Assembly (NCBI GenBank): GCA_963704725.1
Contig: OY969934.1
Coordinates: forward strand, 1,824,001-1,888,000
Origin: an uncultured Actinomycetes bacterium
GTDB lineage: Bacteria > Actinomycetota > UBA4738 > HRBIN12
DNA length: 64,000 bases
Reading direction: 5' to 3'
Under the pieces are notes generated by a model. That model saw only the letters and a program-made list of their open reading frames with translations. It made no database searches and was not told where the DNA came from. A program made the translations under genes and the position numbers. Shown in pieces: positions 38,301 to 48,502 of this stretch (position 1 is the stretch's first letter; the number at the start of each line of letters is the position of its first letter).

Positions 38301-38884
38301 AGCTGTCCGACGTCGGGAACCTGGGCGACGGGGACGTGGTCCGGGTCGGCGGCATCGTGGCCGACGTCTCGCGCAAGTTCACGAAGAGGGGCGACCCGTT
38401 CGCGCAGTTCCGGCTGGAGGACCTCACCGGGGGGGTCACGGTCGTGGCGTTCCCCAACATCTACGAGCAGGTCCCCGAGCTCATCGAGGTCGACGCCATC
38501 GTCCTGGTGAAGGGGCGGGCCGACCTGCGGGGCCGCGAGCTCCAGCTCCGCGCGCTCGAGGTCGGCGAGCCCGATCTCGGCGCAGGCCGGCCCACCCGGA
38601 ACTCCGGCTCGGTACTGGTCGTGGACGTTGCGGCGGCGAGCTGCACGAACGCCACGGTCGCCAAGCTCAAGGAGCTGCTCGGGGCACACCCCGGCCGCTC
38701 GCCGGTCAGGGTCCGGTACCTGTCCTCGCACGGGGTCACGCCCCTCGACGTGGGGACCTTCCGGGTCGAGCCCGGTGCCGGGCTCCTGTCCGAGCTCCGA
38801 GCCCTGCTGGGCCACGCGGCGGTCGCGCTCGTGAAGCGAGACCTGATCGTCGCCGTCCCAGACGCCGCCGGCGCCCGGGCGTAG
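35348..38884 (+). CDS. dnaE: Replicative DNA polymerase III alpha subunit
   Basis: FVHLHNHTEYSLLDG (PHP), GRGSAAGS, MPDIDMDF, YGFNASH, QFSLF clamp motif; TTG after AAGGAG. Confidence 0.97.
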   Translation: MSGRSFVHLHNHTEYSLLDGASRIDALFARAAEEEMPALAITDHGAMFGALSFYEAGLKAGVKPILGVETYVAPSSRFERAPGESEEKYRHLTILAKDETGYRNLLRLVTDAHLEGFYHRPRIDKELLAERAEGLIGLSGCLASEISQLLLAGQDAKAADVAATYAGIFGAGNFFVELQDHGLEDQRRILGKLVDLARHTGLPLVATNDLHYTERADAKPHDVLLCIQQQKVQTDTNRLRFDTDQFYLKTADEMREVFRDLPEACDNTLAIAEMCDLRLAYGDQVPLEERFHVPRFEPPEGMDRDEHLRRLVEDGARQRYGELTPEIRDRIGHELEVITSMGFSGYFLIVWDLIRFARESGIRVGPGRGSAAGSVVSYSLRITDLDPLRYGLIFERFLNPGRIQMPDIDMDFDERRRDEVIRYVASKYGSDHVAQIITFQTIKGKQGIRDAARVLGFPASVGDRLCKMYPPAVLGREHPIEEALKLSSELRDAYEREPESREIVDTARALEGLRREDSVHAAGVVIGDAPLVNYLPLKLSKDSRDDSRRIVTQFDMKGVEKLGLLKMDFLGLRNLSVIEDTLSHLRRRGVELDIDHVPLDDETVYAMLKRGDTTGVFQMESPGMRQLIKDLEPDRFEDLMALVALYRPGPLNAGMHTEYARRKHGRHPVTYPHDDLKDILEGTYGIMVYQEQVMQIAVRMAGYSMAEADMLRQAMGKKIREKLMVHKETFIQGCIDHGYTHKLATEVFELMEPFADYGFNASHACAYGYVAYQTAYLKAHHAVEYMSAVLTSVKDDKDRKPYYLNACRLMGLEVLPPDVNESEQDFAPVSSGEAKIRYGLSAVRNVGGGAVQQIIDGRLAKGAFIGYADFCRKVDPSVLTKRVLESLIVAGAFDSLSYHRRALLENQDKVSAPISSERKAEEAGQFSLFGGGDGAATDIDESVLSGEEFDKRTLLREEKKVLGQFVTDHPLLAVKDVLAAQTDMELSDVGNLGDGDVVRVGGIVADVSRKFTKRGDPFAQFRLEDLTGGVTVVAFPNIYEQVPELIEVDAIVLVKGRADLRGRELQLRALEVGEPDLGAGRPTRNSGSVLVVDVAAASCTNATVAKLKELLGAHPGRSPVRVRYLSSHGVTPLDVGTFRVEPGAGLLSELRALLGHAAVALVKRDLIVAVPDAAGARA

Positions 38885-38901
38885 GTCGGTAGGCTGCGCC
38901 G

Positions 38902-39615
38902 ATGTCCTTCGAGGTGATCCCGGCGGTCGACGTCGCGGCCGGCCGTCTGGTGCGGATGTCCGCGGTCGGGACGACCCCGGTGGGCGCGTTCGACGGCGAT
39001 CCCCTGACGGCGGCGGCCGCCTACGTCGAGGCGGGCGCGCCTCGGTTGCACGTGGTCGACGTCGACCTGGCCCGCACGGGAGACCCGGCCAACCTGCCCG
39101 TGGTGAAGGCCGTGGCGGCGCTCGGCGTCGCGGTCCAGGCGAGCGGCGGCGTGACCTCCTCCCGCCACGTCGACGCGCTGCTGGGAGCGGGCGCGGGCCG
39201 CGTGGTGCTCGGCTCGGCGTCGCTCGGGAACCGGGCCGAGGTCGAGCAGCTGATCGCCCGGCACGGCGACCGCCTCTGCGTGGGGATCGAGGCCGACGGA
39301 CCCACCATCCGACCCCGAGGCGGGGGGCCCGAGCTGGCGCTGTGGGACACGCTGGTGTGGCTCGTCGGCCTGGACGTGCGCCGGTACGTGTTCACCGAGG
39401 TGGGCCGGGTGGGGGAGCTCGCCGGCCCGGACCTCGACGGCATCTGGGCGCTGGCCACCCACGCCGAGCGGCCGGTCATCGCCTCCGGAGGGATCCGCTC
39501 GATCGACGACCTCCGGGCGATCGCCCGGCTCGGCGGAGCCGTGGAGGGCGCCATCGTGGGCCGGGCGTTGCACGAGGGCCTCGACCTGGCCGAGGCGCTG
39601 CGCGCCGTGGCCTGA
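38902..39615 (+). CDS. HisA/PriA-family phosphoribosyl isomerase, divergent (likely TrpF function)
   Basis: IPAVD, HVVD, SGG, IASGGI, GAIVGRAL; first gene before trpCBA. Confidence 0.8.
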   Translation: MSFEVIPAVDVAAGRLVRMSAVGTTPVGAFDGDPLTAAAAYVEAGAPRLHVVDVDLARTGDPANLPVVKAVAALGVAVQASGGVTSSRHVDALLGAGAGRVVLGSASLGNRAEVEQLIARHGDRLCVGIEADGPTIRPRGGGPELALWDTLVWLVGLDVRRYVFTEVGRVGELAGPDLDGIWALATHAERPVIASGGIRSIDDLRAIARLGGAVEGAIVGRALHEGLDLAEALRAVA

Positions 39616-39649
39616 GGCCCGGGGGCGGCGCCGTACACTGCCCCTTCCC

Positions 39650-40426
39650 ATGGGCTTCCTGACCGACGTCGTGGACGGCGTCCGCCGACGGCTCGAGCGC
39701 CGTCCGCTCGACGAGTCCGGCCTCATGGCCATCGCCATGGGGCTGCCGCCCGCCAGGCCGTTCGTCGGCGCGCTGTGGGCCTCCCCCCAGCCGGCCGTCA
39801 TCGCCGAGGTCAAACGGTCCTCGCCCTCGGCCGGCCGGATCGCGGACGTCGACCCCGGGGCGCAGGCGAGGGCCTACGAGGCGGCCGGCGCGTCCGCGGT
39901 GTCCGTGTTGACCGAGCCCGAGCACTTCGACGGCGCCCTGGCCGACCTCCGGGCCGTCCATCTCGCGGTGGGGGTCCCCGTGCTGCGGAAGGACTTCCTG
40001 ATCCACCCGGCCCAGGTGATCGAGGCCCGTGCCGAGGGCGCCGACGCGGTCCTGCTGATCGCGGCGGCGCTGTCCGAGCTCGAGCTCCGGGCGATGCTCG
40101 CGGCCTCCGAGGACCTCGGCCTCGGCGCGCTCGTCGAGGCCTTCTCCGCCGAGGATCTCGAGGCGGCGCTCGCCACCGGGGCCACGGTGATCGGCGTCAA
40201 CGCCCGCGACCTGCAGACCCTCGAGGTCGACGTGGCCCGGGCCCTCGAGCTCCTGCGGCGGGTGCCCGAGGATCGGATCGCCGTGCTCGAGAGCGGCGTG
40301 TCGACCCGCGAGCACGTGCGGCTGGCGACCGAGGCCGGCGCTCGCGCCGTCCTCGTGGGCGAGGCGTTGATGCGGGCGGACGACCCGGGGGCCAAGCTCC
40401 GGGAGCTCGCGGGGTACCAGGCGTGA
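39650..40426 (+). CDS. trpC: Indole-3-glycerol phosphate synthase
   Basis: [32 protein letters not shown]. Confidence 0.95.
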   Translation: MGFLTDVVDGVRRRLERRPLDESGLMAIAMGLPPARPFVGALWASPQPAVIAEVKRSSPSAGRIADVDPGAQARAYEAAGASAVSVLTEPEHFDGALADLRAVHLAVGVPVLRKDFLIHPAQVIEARAEGADAVLLIAAALSELELRAMLAASEDLGLGALVEAFSAEDLEAALATGATVIGVNARDLQTLEVDVARALELLRRVPEDRIAVLESGVSTREHVRLATEAGARAVLVGEALMRADDPGAKLRELAGYQA

Positions 40427-41619
40427 GCGCGTCCGCTCCGTCCCTGCCCGACGCCCGGGGGAGGTTCGGCCGGTTCGGGGGCCGGTACGTCCCCGAGGTG
40501 CTGATCCCCGCCCTCGACGAGCTGGCGGGGACCTGGGGCGAGCTCCGGGGGGACCCGGCGTTCCGCGGTGAGCTCGACGCCCTGCTCCGGGACTACGTGG
40601 GGCGGCCGTCCCCGTTGACGTTCGCGGCGCGCCTGTCCGGGGAGCTGGGCTACCGGATCTGGCTCAAGCGCGAAGACCTGAACCACACGGGTGCCCACAA
40701 GATCAACAACACCCTGGGCCAGGTGCTCCTGGCTCGGCGGCTGGGCAAGGGCCGCATCATCGCCGAGACCGGTGCGGGGATGCACGGGGTGGCGACGGCG
40801 ACGGCCTGTGCCCTGTTCGGCCTGCCGTGCGTCGTCTACATGGGCGAGGAGGACACGGCGCGCCAGGCGCCCAACGTTTCCCGGATGGAGCTCCTCGGCT
40901 CAGAGGTCGTCACGGTCCGCTCCGGGAGCCGAACGCTCAAGGACGCGATGAACGAGGCCATGCGCGACTGGGCCGCGACCGTTCGGGACACGCACTACGT
41001 GATCGGGTCGGTGGCGGGACCCCACCCGTTCCCGGCCCTGGTCCGCGACCTCCAGCGGGTGATCGGGGACGAGGCCCGCGCGCAGATCCTGCAGGGCGAG
41101 GGCCGGCTTCCCGACGCCGTCGTCGCATGTGTCGGCGGCGGCAGCAACGCCATGGGGATCTTCGCGCCGTTCGTGGGAAGCCCGGGGGTGCGCCTGATCG
41201 GGGTGGAGGCGGGGGGGCGCGGCGACGGGCTCGGCGAGCATTGCCGCTCGCTCACGATGGGGGAGCCGGGCGTGCTCCACGGGTCGTTCTCGTACCTGCT
41301 CCAGGACGCGGACGGTCAGGTGGTTCCGACGCACTCGATCTCGGCAGGCCTGGACTACCCGGGTGTCGGGCCCGAGCACTCGTACCTGAAGGAGAACGGC
41401 CTGGCCGAGTACGTCTCCGCCACCGACGCCGACGCGCTCGCCGGGTTCCGGGCGCTCGCCCGGACCGAGGGCATCCTGCCGGCGCTCGAGCCCGCACACG
41501 CCATCGGCTGGCTGCTGGCGCGCCCCCTCCCCGAGGGCTCGCTCGTCGTGCTCAACGTCTCGGGCCGAGGCGACAAGGACCTCGACACGGTCCGGGCGGC
41601 GCTCGGATCCGCCGGCTGA
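40423..41619 (+). CDS. trpB: Tryptophan synthase beta chain
   Basis: [49 protein letters not shown]. Confidence 0.97.
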   Translation: MSASAPSLPDARGRFGRFGGRYVPEVLIPALDELAGTWGELRGDPAFRGELDALLRDYVGRPSPLTFAARLSGELGYRIWLKREDLNHTGAHKINNTLGQVLLARRLGKGRIIAETGAGMHGVATATACALFGLPCVVYMGEEDTARQAPNVSRMELLGSEVVTVRSGSRTLKDAMNEAMRDWAATVRDTHYVIGSVAGPHPFPALVRDLQRVIGDEARAQILQGEGRLPDAVVACVGGGSNAMGIFAPFVGSPGVRLIGVEAGGRGDGLGEHCRSLTMGEPGVLHGSFSYLLQDADGQVVPTHSISAGLDYPGVGPEHSYLKENGLAEYVSATDADALAGFRALARTEGILPALEPAHAIGWLLARPLPEGSLVVLNVSGRGDKDLDTVRAALGSAG

Positions 41620-42389
41620 TGCACGACCTCGAGGCCGTCCTGCGGGCCCGACGCGACGGCGGCGGCCGCGCCTTCGTCCCGTACGTCACCGGCGGGCTGA
41701 AGGGGGTCGACGCCGCGTTCCTGCGGGGGCTGGCCGACGCGGGCGCCGACGCCATCGAGGTCGGGCTCCCGTTCTCGGACCCCGTAATGGACGGCGGGGT
41801 CATCCAGGAGGCGTCCCGCCTGGCCCTGGAGGCCGGGACGCGGCCCGGCGACGTCCTGGCCCTGGTGGCCGAGGCCGAGCTCGACATCCCCGTCGCGGTG
41901 ATGACGTACCTCAACCCCATCCTGCACCGCGGCCTGGAGCGGTTCGTGGCCGAGGCGTCCCGGGCCGGCGTCTCGGGCCTCATCGTCCCCGACCTCCCCG
42001 TCGACGAGTCCGAGGACCTGGTCGCCGCGTGTCGGGCGGCGGGGGTCGCCGCCGTCCTGCTCGCCGCCCCCGGCTCGAGCCCGGAACGGCTCCGGATGAT
42101 CTCGGAGGCCGGAGGCGGATTCGTCTACTGCGTGGCGACCTACGGCGTGACCGGCGTGCGGGATCGGCTCTCCGCGACCGCCGCTCGTCTGGTGGCCGAG
42201 CTCCGTCCCTTGACCGATCTTCCCCTGCTCGTGGGGGTCGGGATCGCGACGCCTGAGCAGGCCGCGGAGGCCTGCGCGTTCGCCGACGGCGTGGTCGTGG
42301 GGAGCGCGATCGTGCGCCTCGTGCTGGCCGGCGACGGGGAGGCCGCCCTCCGCCTGGCGGGCGCGTTCCGAGCCGCGATCGGGCCGTGA
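41619..42389 (+). CDS. trpA: Tryptophan synthase alpha chain
   Basis: EVGLPFSDPVMDG, MTYLNP, PDLP, GVTG, VVGSA. Confidence 0.95.
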   Translation: MHDLEAVLRARRDGGGRAFVPYVTGGLKGVDAAFLRGLADAGADAIEVGLPFSDPVMDGGVIQEASRLALEAGTRPGDVLALVAEAELDIPVAVMTYLNPILHRGLERFVAEASRAGVSGLIVPDLPVDESEDLVAACRAAGVAAVLLAAPGSSPERLRMISEAGGGFVYCVATYGVTGVRDRLSATAARLVAELRPLTDLPLLVGVGIATPEQAAEACAFADGVVVGSAIVRLVLAGDGEAALRLAGAFRAAIGP

Positions 42390-42551
42390 GGCATCCCGGC
42401 CTACGGTCCGTTGCGTACCTGTTGCCGATGGAGGCGGCTGGCTGAGGCGACCCGGATGTGATACCAACCACCGATGCGGGCAGGACGGGCGCGCGCCGCG
42501 TCACGATGCCTGCCACCGGAAGCGATGGTCCGTGGACCAAAGGGGGGATCG

Positions 42552-43898
42552 ATGAGGAAGCGCAGATTCTTCGCGCTCCTGGCGTTGTTCGGCGCGCTCT
42601 CGCTCGTGGCCGCCGCGTGTAGCAACGACGACAACGGCGGCACGTCGACGACGGGGGGCGGCACCACCAGCACCACCGGCGGGGGGAGCACCGCCGATTG
42701 CTCATCCGACGAGTTCGGCTGCGTGGAGGTCGGGTCGGGTGAGGCGATCCAGCTCGGAACGCTCCTGGCCATCTCCGGCGACGTCGCGTCGCTCGGCCTG
42801 GACAGCCAGTACGGCGTCTCGCTGGCGATCGACTACCTGGACGGGACGCTCGACGGCACGCCCGGCCAGCTCCTCGGTCACGACGTCGAGCTCGTGAACG
42901 AGGACGACGGTTGCTCGGCCGAGGGCGGTCAGGCCGGGGCGCAGAACCTGGCCCCGAACGAGAGCATCGTCGCCGTGATCGGGACGAGCTGCTCGGGGGC
43001 CGCGCTGGGCGTGGCGGACCAGATCTTCTCCGACAAGGGGATCCTGCTGATCTCGCCGTCCAACACGAACCCGGGGCTGACGTCGGAGGAGGCGCACCAG
43101 CCGTTCTACCTCCGCACGGCGCACAACGACCGCATCCAGGGCGCGATCGTGTCCGACTTCGCGCTCCAGCAGCTCGGGGCGTCCACGGCGGCAACGATCA
43201 ACGACGAGAGCCCGTACGCGGACGGTCTCGCGGCCGCCTTCCGCACCAACTTCGAGGCCGGCGGCGGAACGATCACGGACATCGAGGCGATCGACAGCGG
43301 GGACACGAACTTCGAGACCCTGCTGACGAGCATCGCCCAGAGCAATCCGGACGTCCTGTACTTCCCGGACTTCAACCCGGCGTGCGCGCTGATCGCGTCG
43401 CAGGCCAAGGACATCATGCCGGACACGGCGCTGATCGGATCCGACGGATGCCTTGCCTCGACCTTCTTGGAGACGGCGGGCGACGCCGCCAACGGCGTGT
43501 ACGCCTCCTCGCCGGACATCACCGTCTTCCAGGGCGGCGACTTCTACAAGAACGATTTCCTGCCGGCGTACAAGTCGCAGTTCGGCACGGCGCCGACCTC
43601 CGTGTTCCACGCGCACGCGTTCGACGCCGCGAACATCCTGTTCGAGGCGATCAAGACGGCGGCCATCGACAACGGGGACGGCTCCCTGTCGATCCCCCGC
43701 ACGGCGCTCAAGGACGCGATCTTCGCGACCAGCGGGTGGCAGGGGGTCACCGGGACGATCACGTGCACGCCGCTCGGCGACTGCGCGACCGACGTCACCA
43801 TCGGCATCTTCCAGGCGCCGGGGTGGCCCGTCGAGGGCGGGACGCCGGACGCGGCGGCCGTCTTCAGCGAAACCAAGACGCTGGCGGACGTCGCCTAG
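42552..43898 (+). CDS. livK: Branched-chain amino acid (Liv-type) ABC substrate-binding lipoprotein
   Basis: Lipobox AAAC, Thr/Gly linker, EDDGCS, GTSCSG, ISPSNT. Confidence 0.88.
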   Translation: MRKRRFFALLALFGALSLVAAACSNDDNGGTSTTGGGTTSTTGGGSTADCSSDEFGCVEVGSGEAIQLGTLLAISGDVASLGLDSQYGVSLAIDYLDGTLDGTPGQLLGHDVELVNEDDGCSAEGGQAGAQNLAPNESIVAVIGTSCSGAALGVADQIFSDKGILLISPSNTNPGLTSEEAHQPFYLRTAHNDRIQGAIVSDFALQQLGASTAATINDESPYADGLAAAFRTNFEAGGGTITDIEAIDSGDTNFETLLTSIAQSNPDVLYFPDFNPACALIASQAKDIMPDTALIGSDGCLASTFLETAGDAANGVYASSPDITVFQGGDFYKNDFLPAYKSQFGTAPTSVFHAHAFDAANILFEAIKTAAIDNGDGSLSIPRTALKDAIFATSGWQGVTGTITCTPLGDCATDVTIGIFQAPGWPVEGGTPDAAAVFSETKTLADVA

Positions 43899-43987
43899 GG
43901 GCACCACCGAACGACGCGCTCGCGGGCGGGCCGAGGGGGGCCCGCCCGCAGCGCACGGCACGGTGAGGGACTAGGCTCCCGCGGGAC

Positions 43988-45076
43988 ATGGCTGCCTCCA
44001 CCGATCGGGCGCGCGACGTTCGGATGAGCCGCCTCGAGCGGCTGCCGTGGCGCCGCATCATCCTCGTGGTCCTCGGTGCGGCGATCGTGGTCGTGGTCGC
44101 GGTGGGGGTCGTCAAGACGGTCTCCTCCGATGCGTACTCGGGCTCGGCGTACCGGGACTTCCTCGTTGAGGGGATCGCGCAAGGCTCCATCTACGCGTTG
44201 ATCGCGCTGGGGTACAGCCTGGTCTACGGGATCCTGAAGATGATCAACTTCGCCCACGGCGAGGTGTTCATGACCGGGGCGTTCGGCTCCTTCTTCTTCG
44301 CCGACGCCTACGCCAGGAGCGGGTTCCTCGATCGTCACCCCATCCCCGCGCTGGGGATCATCCTGCTGGTCGCGATGCTCACCTCGGTGCTCGTCGCCGT
44401 GCTGCTCGAACGCCTCGCCTATCGGCCGCTGCGCGGCGCCCCCCGGCTGGTGCCCCTCATCACCGCGATCGGCGCGTCGCTCTTCCTGCGGGAAACGGCG
44501 CGCGCCCTGTTCGGGACGAACACCAAGGGGTTCCCCGAGCCCGAGGTCCTGGCGGGGAGCTGGACGATCTCCGGGATCGCACTCGACCGCCTGCAGGTGG
44601 TGATCGTCCTCGTGGCGGCCGTGGCCGTCGGGGCGCTGTCCCTGTTCGTGGCGAAGACGACGACCGGCAAGTCGATGCGCGCCGTGGCCGAGGACTCTGA
44701 GATCGCCAGCCTCATGGGCATCAACGTCGACCGCGTGATCGTCACGACGTTCGCCATCGGGGGTCTCCTCGCCGGCCTCGCAGGCGTCCTGTTCGCCATG
44801 CGGTTCAAGGCCGTGAACTTCTTCATGGGGTTCGAGCCGGGCATCGCCGCGTTCACGGCTGCCGTCCTCGGGGGCATCGGGAGCATCGCCGGAGCGGCCA
44901 TCGGCGGTTTGATCCTCGGCGTCCTCGAGTCGCTCGGCCCCACGATGATCCTGACGGGGTACAACATCCCCTCGCCGATCCAGCTCAAGGGCGCGTTCAC
45001 GTTCCTCGTCCTCGTCCTGGTGCTGATCTTCCGGCCCGGGGGGATCCTCGGCACCGGGGAGGCGGAGAAGGTCTGA
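43988..45076 (+). CDS. livH: Liv-type ABC permease
   Basis: YALIALGYSLVYG..INFAHGE, AAVLGGIG. Confidence 0.92.
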   Translation: MAASTDRARDVRMSRLERLPWRRIILVVLGAAIVVVVAVGVVKTVSSDAYSGSAYRDFLVEGIAQGSIYALIALGYSLVYGILKMINFAHGEVFMTGAFGSFFFADAYARSGFLDRHPIPALGIILLVAMLTSVLVAVLLERLAYRPLRGAPRLVPLITAIGASLFLRETARALFGTNTKGFPEPEVLAGSWTISGIALDRLQVVIVLVAAVAVGALSLFVAKTTTGKSMRAVAEDSEIASLMGINVDRVIVTTFAIGGLLAGLAGVLFAMRFKAVNFFMGFEPGIAAFTAAVLGGIGSIAGAAIGGLILGVLESLGPTMILTGYNIPSPIQLKGAFTFLVLVLVLIFRPGGILGTGEAEKV

Positions 45077-46872
45077 TGGGGCCGATCCCGCCGCGCTCGG
45101 TGATCCGCGCCGGGGTGATCGGCGGCCTCGTCGCGATCTACCTCGCGATGGTCGGGCTCTTCGACCGGTTCGCCGATCTCGAGCTCGTCGGCACCCAGGT
45201 CACGTTCAGCCGGGTCCTGCTGATCGTGCCCGGCCTGGTCGTCGGGTACCTCGTGTCACGGCCCCGGGTGGTGGCGGGCGCGCGGCGCGAGGCCGGGCCC
45301 GGCCAGGCCATGGTGGCGGGGGCGGTCGGCGGACTGATCACCGGAGGCGCGCTCGCCGCGGCCATGTGGTGGGCGGACTGGTTCGGGGTGGATCGGATCC
45401 GTCCGGTGTTCGTCTCCGTCTCGCCGAGCCTCGTGGGGTTCCTCACGTTCGAGCACACCGTCGGCGTTGGCGTCGCGATCCTGCTGGTGGTGGGGCTCGT
45501 GTCCGGAGCCGCGGGCGGGCTGCTCCGCGCGACCAGCGTGCGCGTGCGCCGGCCCCTCGTGTTCGGCGTGGCCTTCACGCTCCTGCTCGGCTTGCTCCAG
45601 CGGATCGTTCCGGTCGCGATGAAGGAGCTCGGCCTGGGGACGGACTGGCTCTACGGGCCGAGCACCGGGCTGACGATGCAGGGCGGCGCCATCGTGTTCC
45701 CCGTGACGTTCGGGCTCACTGCGCTCTGGCAGCGCAGCGGCCAGGCCACGCGCGAGCGGCTTCGGGCCTCGGCGCAGGAGCAGCCGGCGGTGCGGGCCGG
45801 CATCCTCATCGTGATCCTGGCGATCGCCGCGATCCTTCCCCTGCTCGTCGGATCGTCGATCTCGCAGACGCTCGGGACCGTGATGATCTTCCTCCTCCTC
45901 GGGCTCGGCCTGAACATCGTCGTGGGGTACGCCGGGTTGCTCGACCTCGGCTACGTCGCCTTCTACGCGTTCGGCGCGTACGCGATCGCGCTGCTCACCG
46001 GCGCGGCGCTGAACACGACGACGGGCGCGGCGGCACCGGCCTTCTCGGCCGATCTCAGCTTCTACGTCGCCATCTGGATCGTCGTGGCGCTCGCCGCCGG
46101 TGTGGGCCTGCTGATCGGTGCGCCGGTCCTGCGCCTGCGGGGCGACTACCTGGCCATCGTGACGCTCGGCCTCGGCGAGATCGTGAGCACGATGACGCGG
46201 TCGAGGTGGCTCCAGCCGCTGGTCGGCGGTCCGCAGGGCATGCGTGGCGTGACGAAGGCGGAGATCGGAACGTTCGCCTTCACCACCCCGCAGAAGTTCT
46301 ACTACCTGGTCCTGGCGTTCGTGCTCCTGGCGGCGTTCGTGTCGTGGCGCCTGTCCACGTCGCGCGTGGGGCGGGCGTGGAACGCGATGCGCGAGGACGA
46401 GCAGGTCGCCGACGCCATGGGCATCAGCACGACCCGGTACAAGCTGCTCGCGTTCGCCATCGGCGGCGCGATCGGGTCCCTCGGAGGAGCGCTGTTCGCC
46501 GTGCAGATCGGATCGCTGACCCCGGCGAGCTTCGAGATCCTCGTCTCGATCACCGCGCTGGCCGTGGTGATCCTGGGCGGCCTGGGCAGCCTGCCGGGGG
46601 TGGCTGTCGGCGCGCTCGTGCTGATCGGGCTCCCCGGTCTGCTGCGCGAGTTCGAGGAGTACCGCCTCCTGGTCTACGGAGGAGTGCTCGTGGCGGTCAT
46701 GATCCTTCGACCGCAGGGACTGGTCCCGAACGTCCGCCGCACCCGCGAGCTGCAGGAGGAGGAGCGGACCCAGGACGCCTGGGCGCAGGAGCTCGCCGAT
46801 CGCGAGGAGGTCTACGCGAGCGTCGTCGCGGGCGGCAAGCTCGGGGCCGAGACCGAGGAGGATCTCGAGTGA
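45076..46872 (+). CDS. livM: Liv-type ABC permease with long N-terminal TM extension
   Basis: GLNIVVGYAGLLDLGYVAF, RLRGDYLAIVTLG, AMREDE. Confidence 0.92.
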   Translation: MGPIPPRSVIRAGVIGGLVAIYLAMVGLFDRFADLELVGTQVTFSRVLLIVPGLVVGYLVSRPRVVAGARREAGPGQAMVAGAVGGLITGGALAAAMWWADWFGVDRIRPVFVSVSPSLVGFLTFEHTVGVGVAILLVVGLVSGAAGGLLRATSVRVRRPLVFGVAFTLLLGLLQRIVPVAMKELGLGTDWLYGPSTGLTMQGGAIVFPVTFGLTALWQRSGQATRERLRASAQEQPAVRAGILIVILAIAAILPLLVGSSISQTLGTVMIFLLLGLGLNIVVGYAGLLDLGYVAFYAFGAYAIALLTGAALNTTTGAAAPAFSADLSFYVAIWIVVALAAGVGLLIGAPVLRLRGDYLAIVTLGLGEIVSTMTRSRWLQPLVGGPQGMRGVTKAEIGTFAFTTPQKFYYLVLAFVLLAAFVSWRLSTSRVGRAWNAMREDEQVADAMGISTTRYKLLAFAIGGAIGSLGGALFAVQIGSLTPASFEILVSITALAVVILGGLGSLPGVAVGALVLIGLPGLLREFEEYRLLVYGGVLVAVMILRPQGLVPNVRRTRELQEEERTQDAWAQELADREEVYASVVAGGKLGAETEEDLE

Positions 46873-47660
46873 GCGAGACCTCGACGATCCTCGAGCTCCA
46901 GGGCGTGGCGAAGCACTTCGGCGGGCTGTACGCGCTGTCGGGTCTCGACATGGCCGTGAACGAGGGGGAGATCGTGTCGGTCATCGGCCCGAACGGAGCG
47001 GGCAAGAGCACGATGTTCAACGTCGTCACCGGCCTGTACGAGCCGGACGAGGGCGACGTGCGCTTCCGCGGCGAGAGCATCGTGGGCTTCGCCCCGAACC
47101 AGATCACGCGGCTCGGCGTCGCCCGGACCTTCCAGAACGTCCACCTCTTCCCGAACATGACCGTCCTCGAGAACGCCATGGTCGGCCAGCACTGCCGGAC
47201 GAGGGCGGGTGTGTTCGGCGCCGTGTTCCGGCCGCCGGGAACGCGGCGGGAGGAGGAGCGGATCCGGGAGCGGGCCCGGGGCGCCCTGGAGTTCTTCGGG
47301 TCCCGGCTCGCCGGGTTCCGCCAGGAGCAGCCGGCGTTCGTGCTCTCCTACGCGAACCGCCGCCGGCTGGAGATGGCCCGGGCCATGGCCACCGAGCCGG
47401 CACTCATCCTGCTCGACGAGCCCACGGCGGGGATGAACCCGCGCGAGACCCTCGAGCTCCGCGACCACATCGTGCGGATGCGCGATCAGCGCGGGCACAC
47501 GGTCCTGCTGATCGAGCACGACATGCGCGTCGTCCGGGGCGTGTCGGATCGCGTGATCGCGCTCGACTACGGCCGGAAGATCGCCGAGGGCTCGTACGAA
47601 GAGGTTGCGAACAACCCCCAGGTGATCGAGGCGTACCTCGGAACGAAGGCCGGCGGGTGA
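46869..47660 (+). CDS. livG: Liv-type ABC ATP-binding protein
   Basis: GPNGAGKS, ARTFQN, LDEPTAG, IEHDM, VIEAYLG. Confidence 0.93.
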   Translation: MSETSTILELQGVAKHFGGLYALSGLDMAVNEGEIVSVIGPNGAGKSTMFNVVTGLYEPDEGDVRFRGESIVGFAPNQITRLGVARTFQNVHLFPNMTVLENAMVGQHCRTRAGVFGAVFRPPGTRREEERIRERARGALEFFGSRLAGFRQEQPAFVLSYANRRRLEMARAMATEPALILLDEPTAGMNPRETLELRDHIVRMRDQRGHTVLLIEHDMRVVRGVSDRVIALDYGRKIAEGSYEEVANNPQVIEAYLGTKAGG

Positions 47661-48502
47661 GCGAGGGGACGCGGACCGCCGAGCCGCCCGCCCCGGACCC
47701 CACCGAGACGGGCGTGGCCACCCAGCCCGTCGAGGCCCAGGCGCTCCCCGAGCCCGCCGTCCCGGCCCCGGCTTCCGGCGGCGACCGGCGTCCCATCCTC
47801 GAGCTGCGAAACGTGAGCACGCACTACGGGCTCGTCTCGGTGCTGCGGAACGTCAACGTGGAGATCTTCCCCGGGGAGATGGTCTGCCTGCTCGGGGGCA
47901 ACGCGTCGGGCAAGACCACCACGTTGAAGACGATCCTCGGCTACGTCCGCCCCTCCGAGGGCGAGGTCCTCCTCGACGGCGCCGTCGTGAGCGGGCTCCC
48001 CACCGTCGAGGTCGTCCGGCGCGGCATCTCCATGGTGCCCGAGAACCGGCGCCTGTTCTCGAACATGACGGTCTCGGAGAACCTGGATCTGGGCGCGTAC
48101 CAGCGACGAGATCGAGGCAAGGTCGCCGAGGATCGCGAGCGCATCCTCGAGACGTTCCCCAGGGTCCGCGAGCGCCTCAAGCAGAAGGCGGGCACGCTCT
48201 CGGGCGGTGAGCAGCAGATGGTGGCCATGGGCCGGGCGCTGATGGCCGACCCGAAGGTGCTGCTGATGGACGAGCCGTCGATGGGGCTCGCGCCGATCCT
48301 CGTGGAGCAGGTGTTCGAGATCATCAAGACGATCCGCGGGCTCGGCCGGACGGTGTTCGTCGTCGAGCAGAACGCGAACATGGCGCTGTCGATCGCCGAC
48401 CGCGGCTACGTGATCCAGACCGGCCAGGTGGTGCTGGCCGACACGGCGGCGAACCTGCTCAGCAACCCCCTCATGCGGGAGGCGTACCTCGGGGAGCTCT
48501 GA
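47657..48502 (+). CDS. livF: Liv-type ABC ATP-binding protein
   Basis: GGNASGKT, LSGGEQQM, DEPSMGLAP, VEQNA. Confidence 0.93.
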   Translation: MSEGTRTAEPPAPDPTETGVATQPVEAQALPEPAVPAPASGGDRRPILELRNVSTHYGLVSVLRNVNVEIFPGEMVCLLGGNASGKTTTLKTILGYVRPSEGEVLLDGAVVSGLPTVEVVRRGISMVPENRRLFSNMTVSENLDLGAYQRRDRGKVAEDRERILETFPRVRERLKQKAGTLSGGEQQMVAMGRALMADPKVLLMDEPSMGLAPILVEQVFEIIKTIRGLGRTVFVVEQNANMALSIADRGYVIQTGQVVLADTAANLLSNPLMREAYLGEL

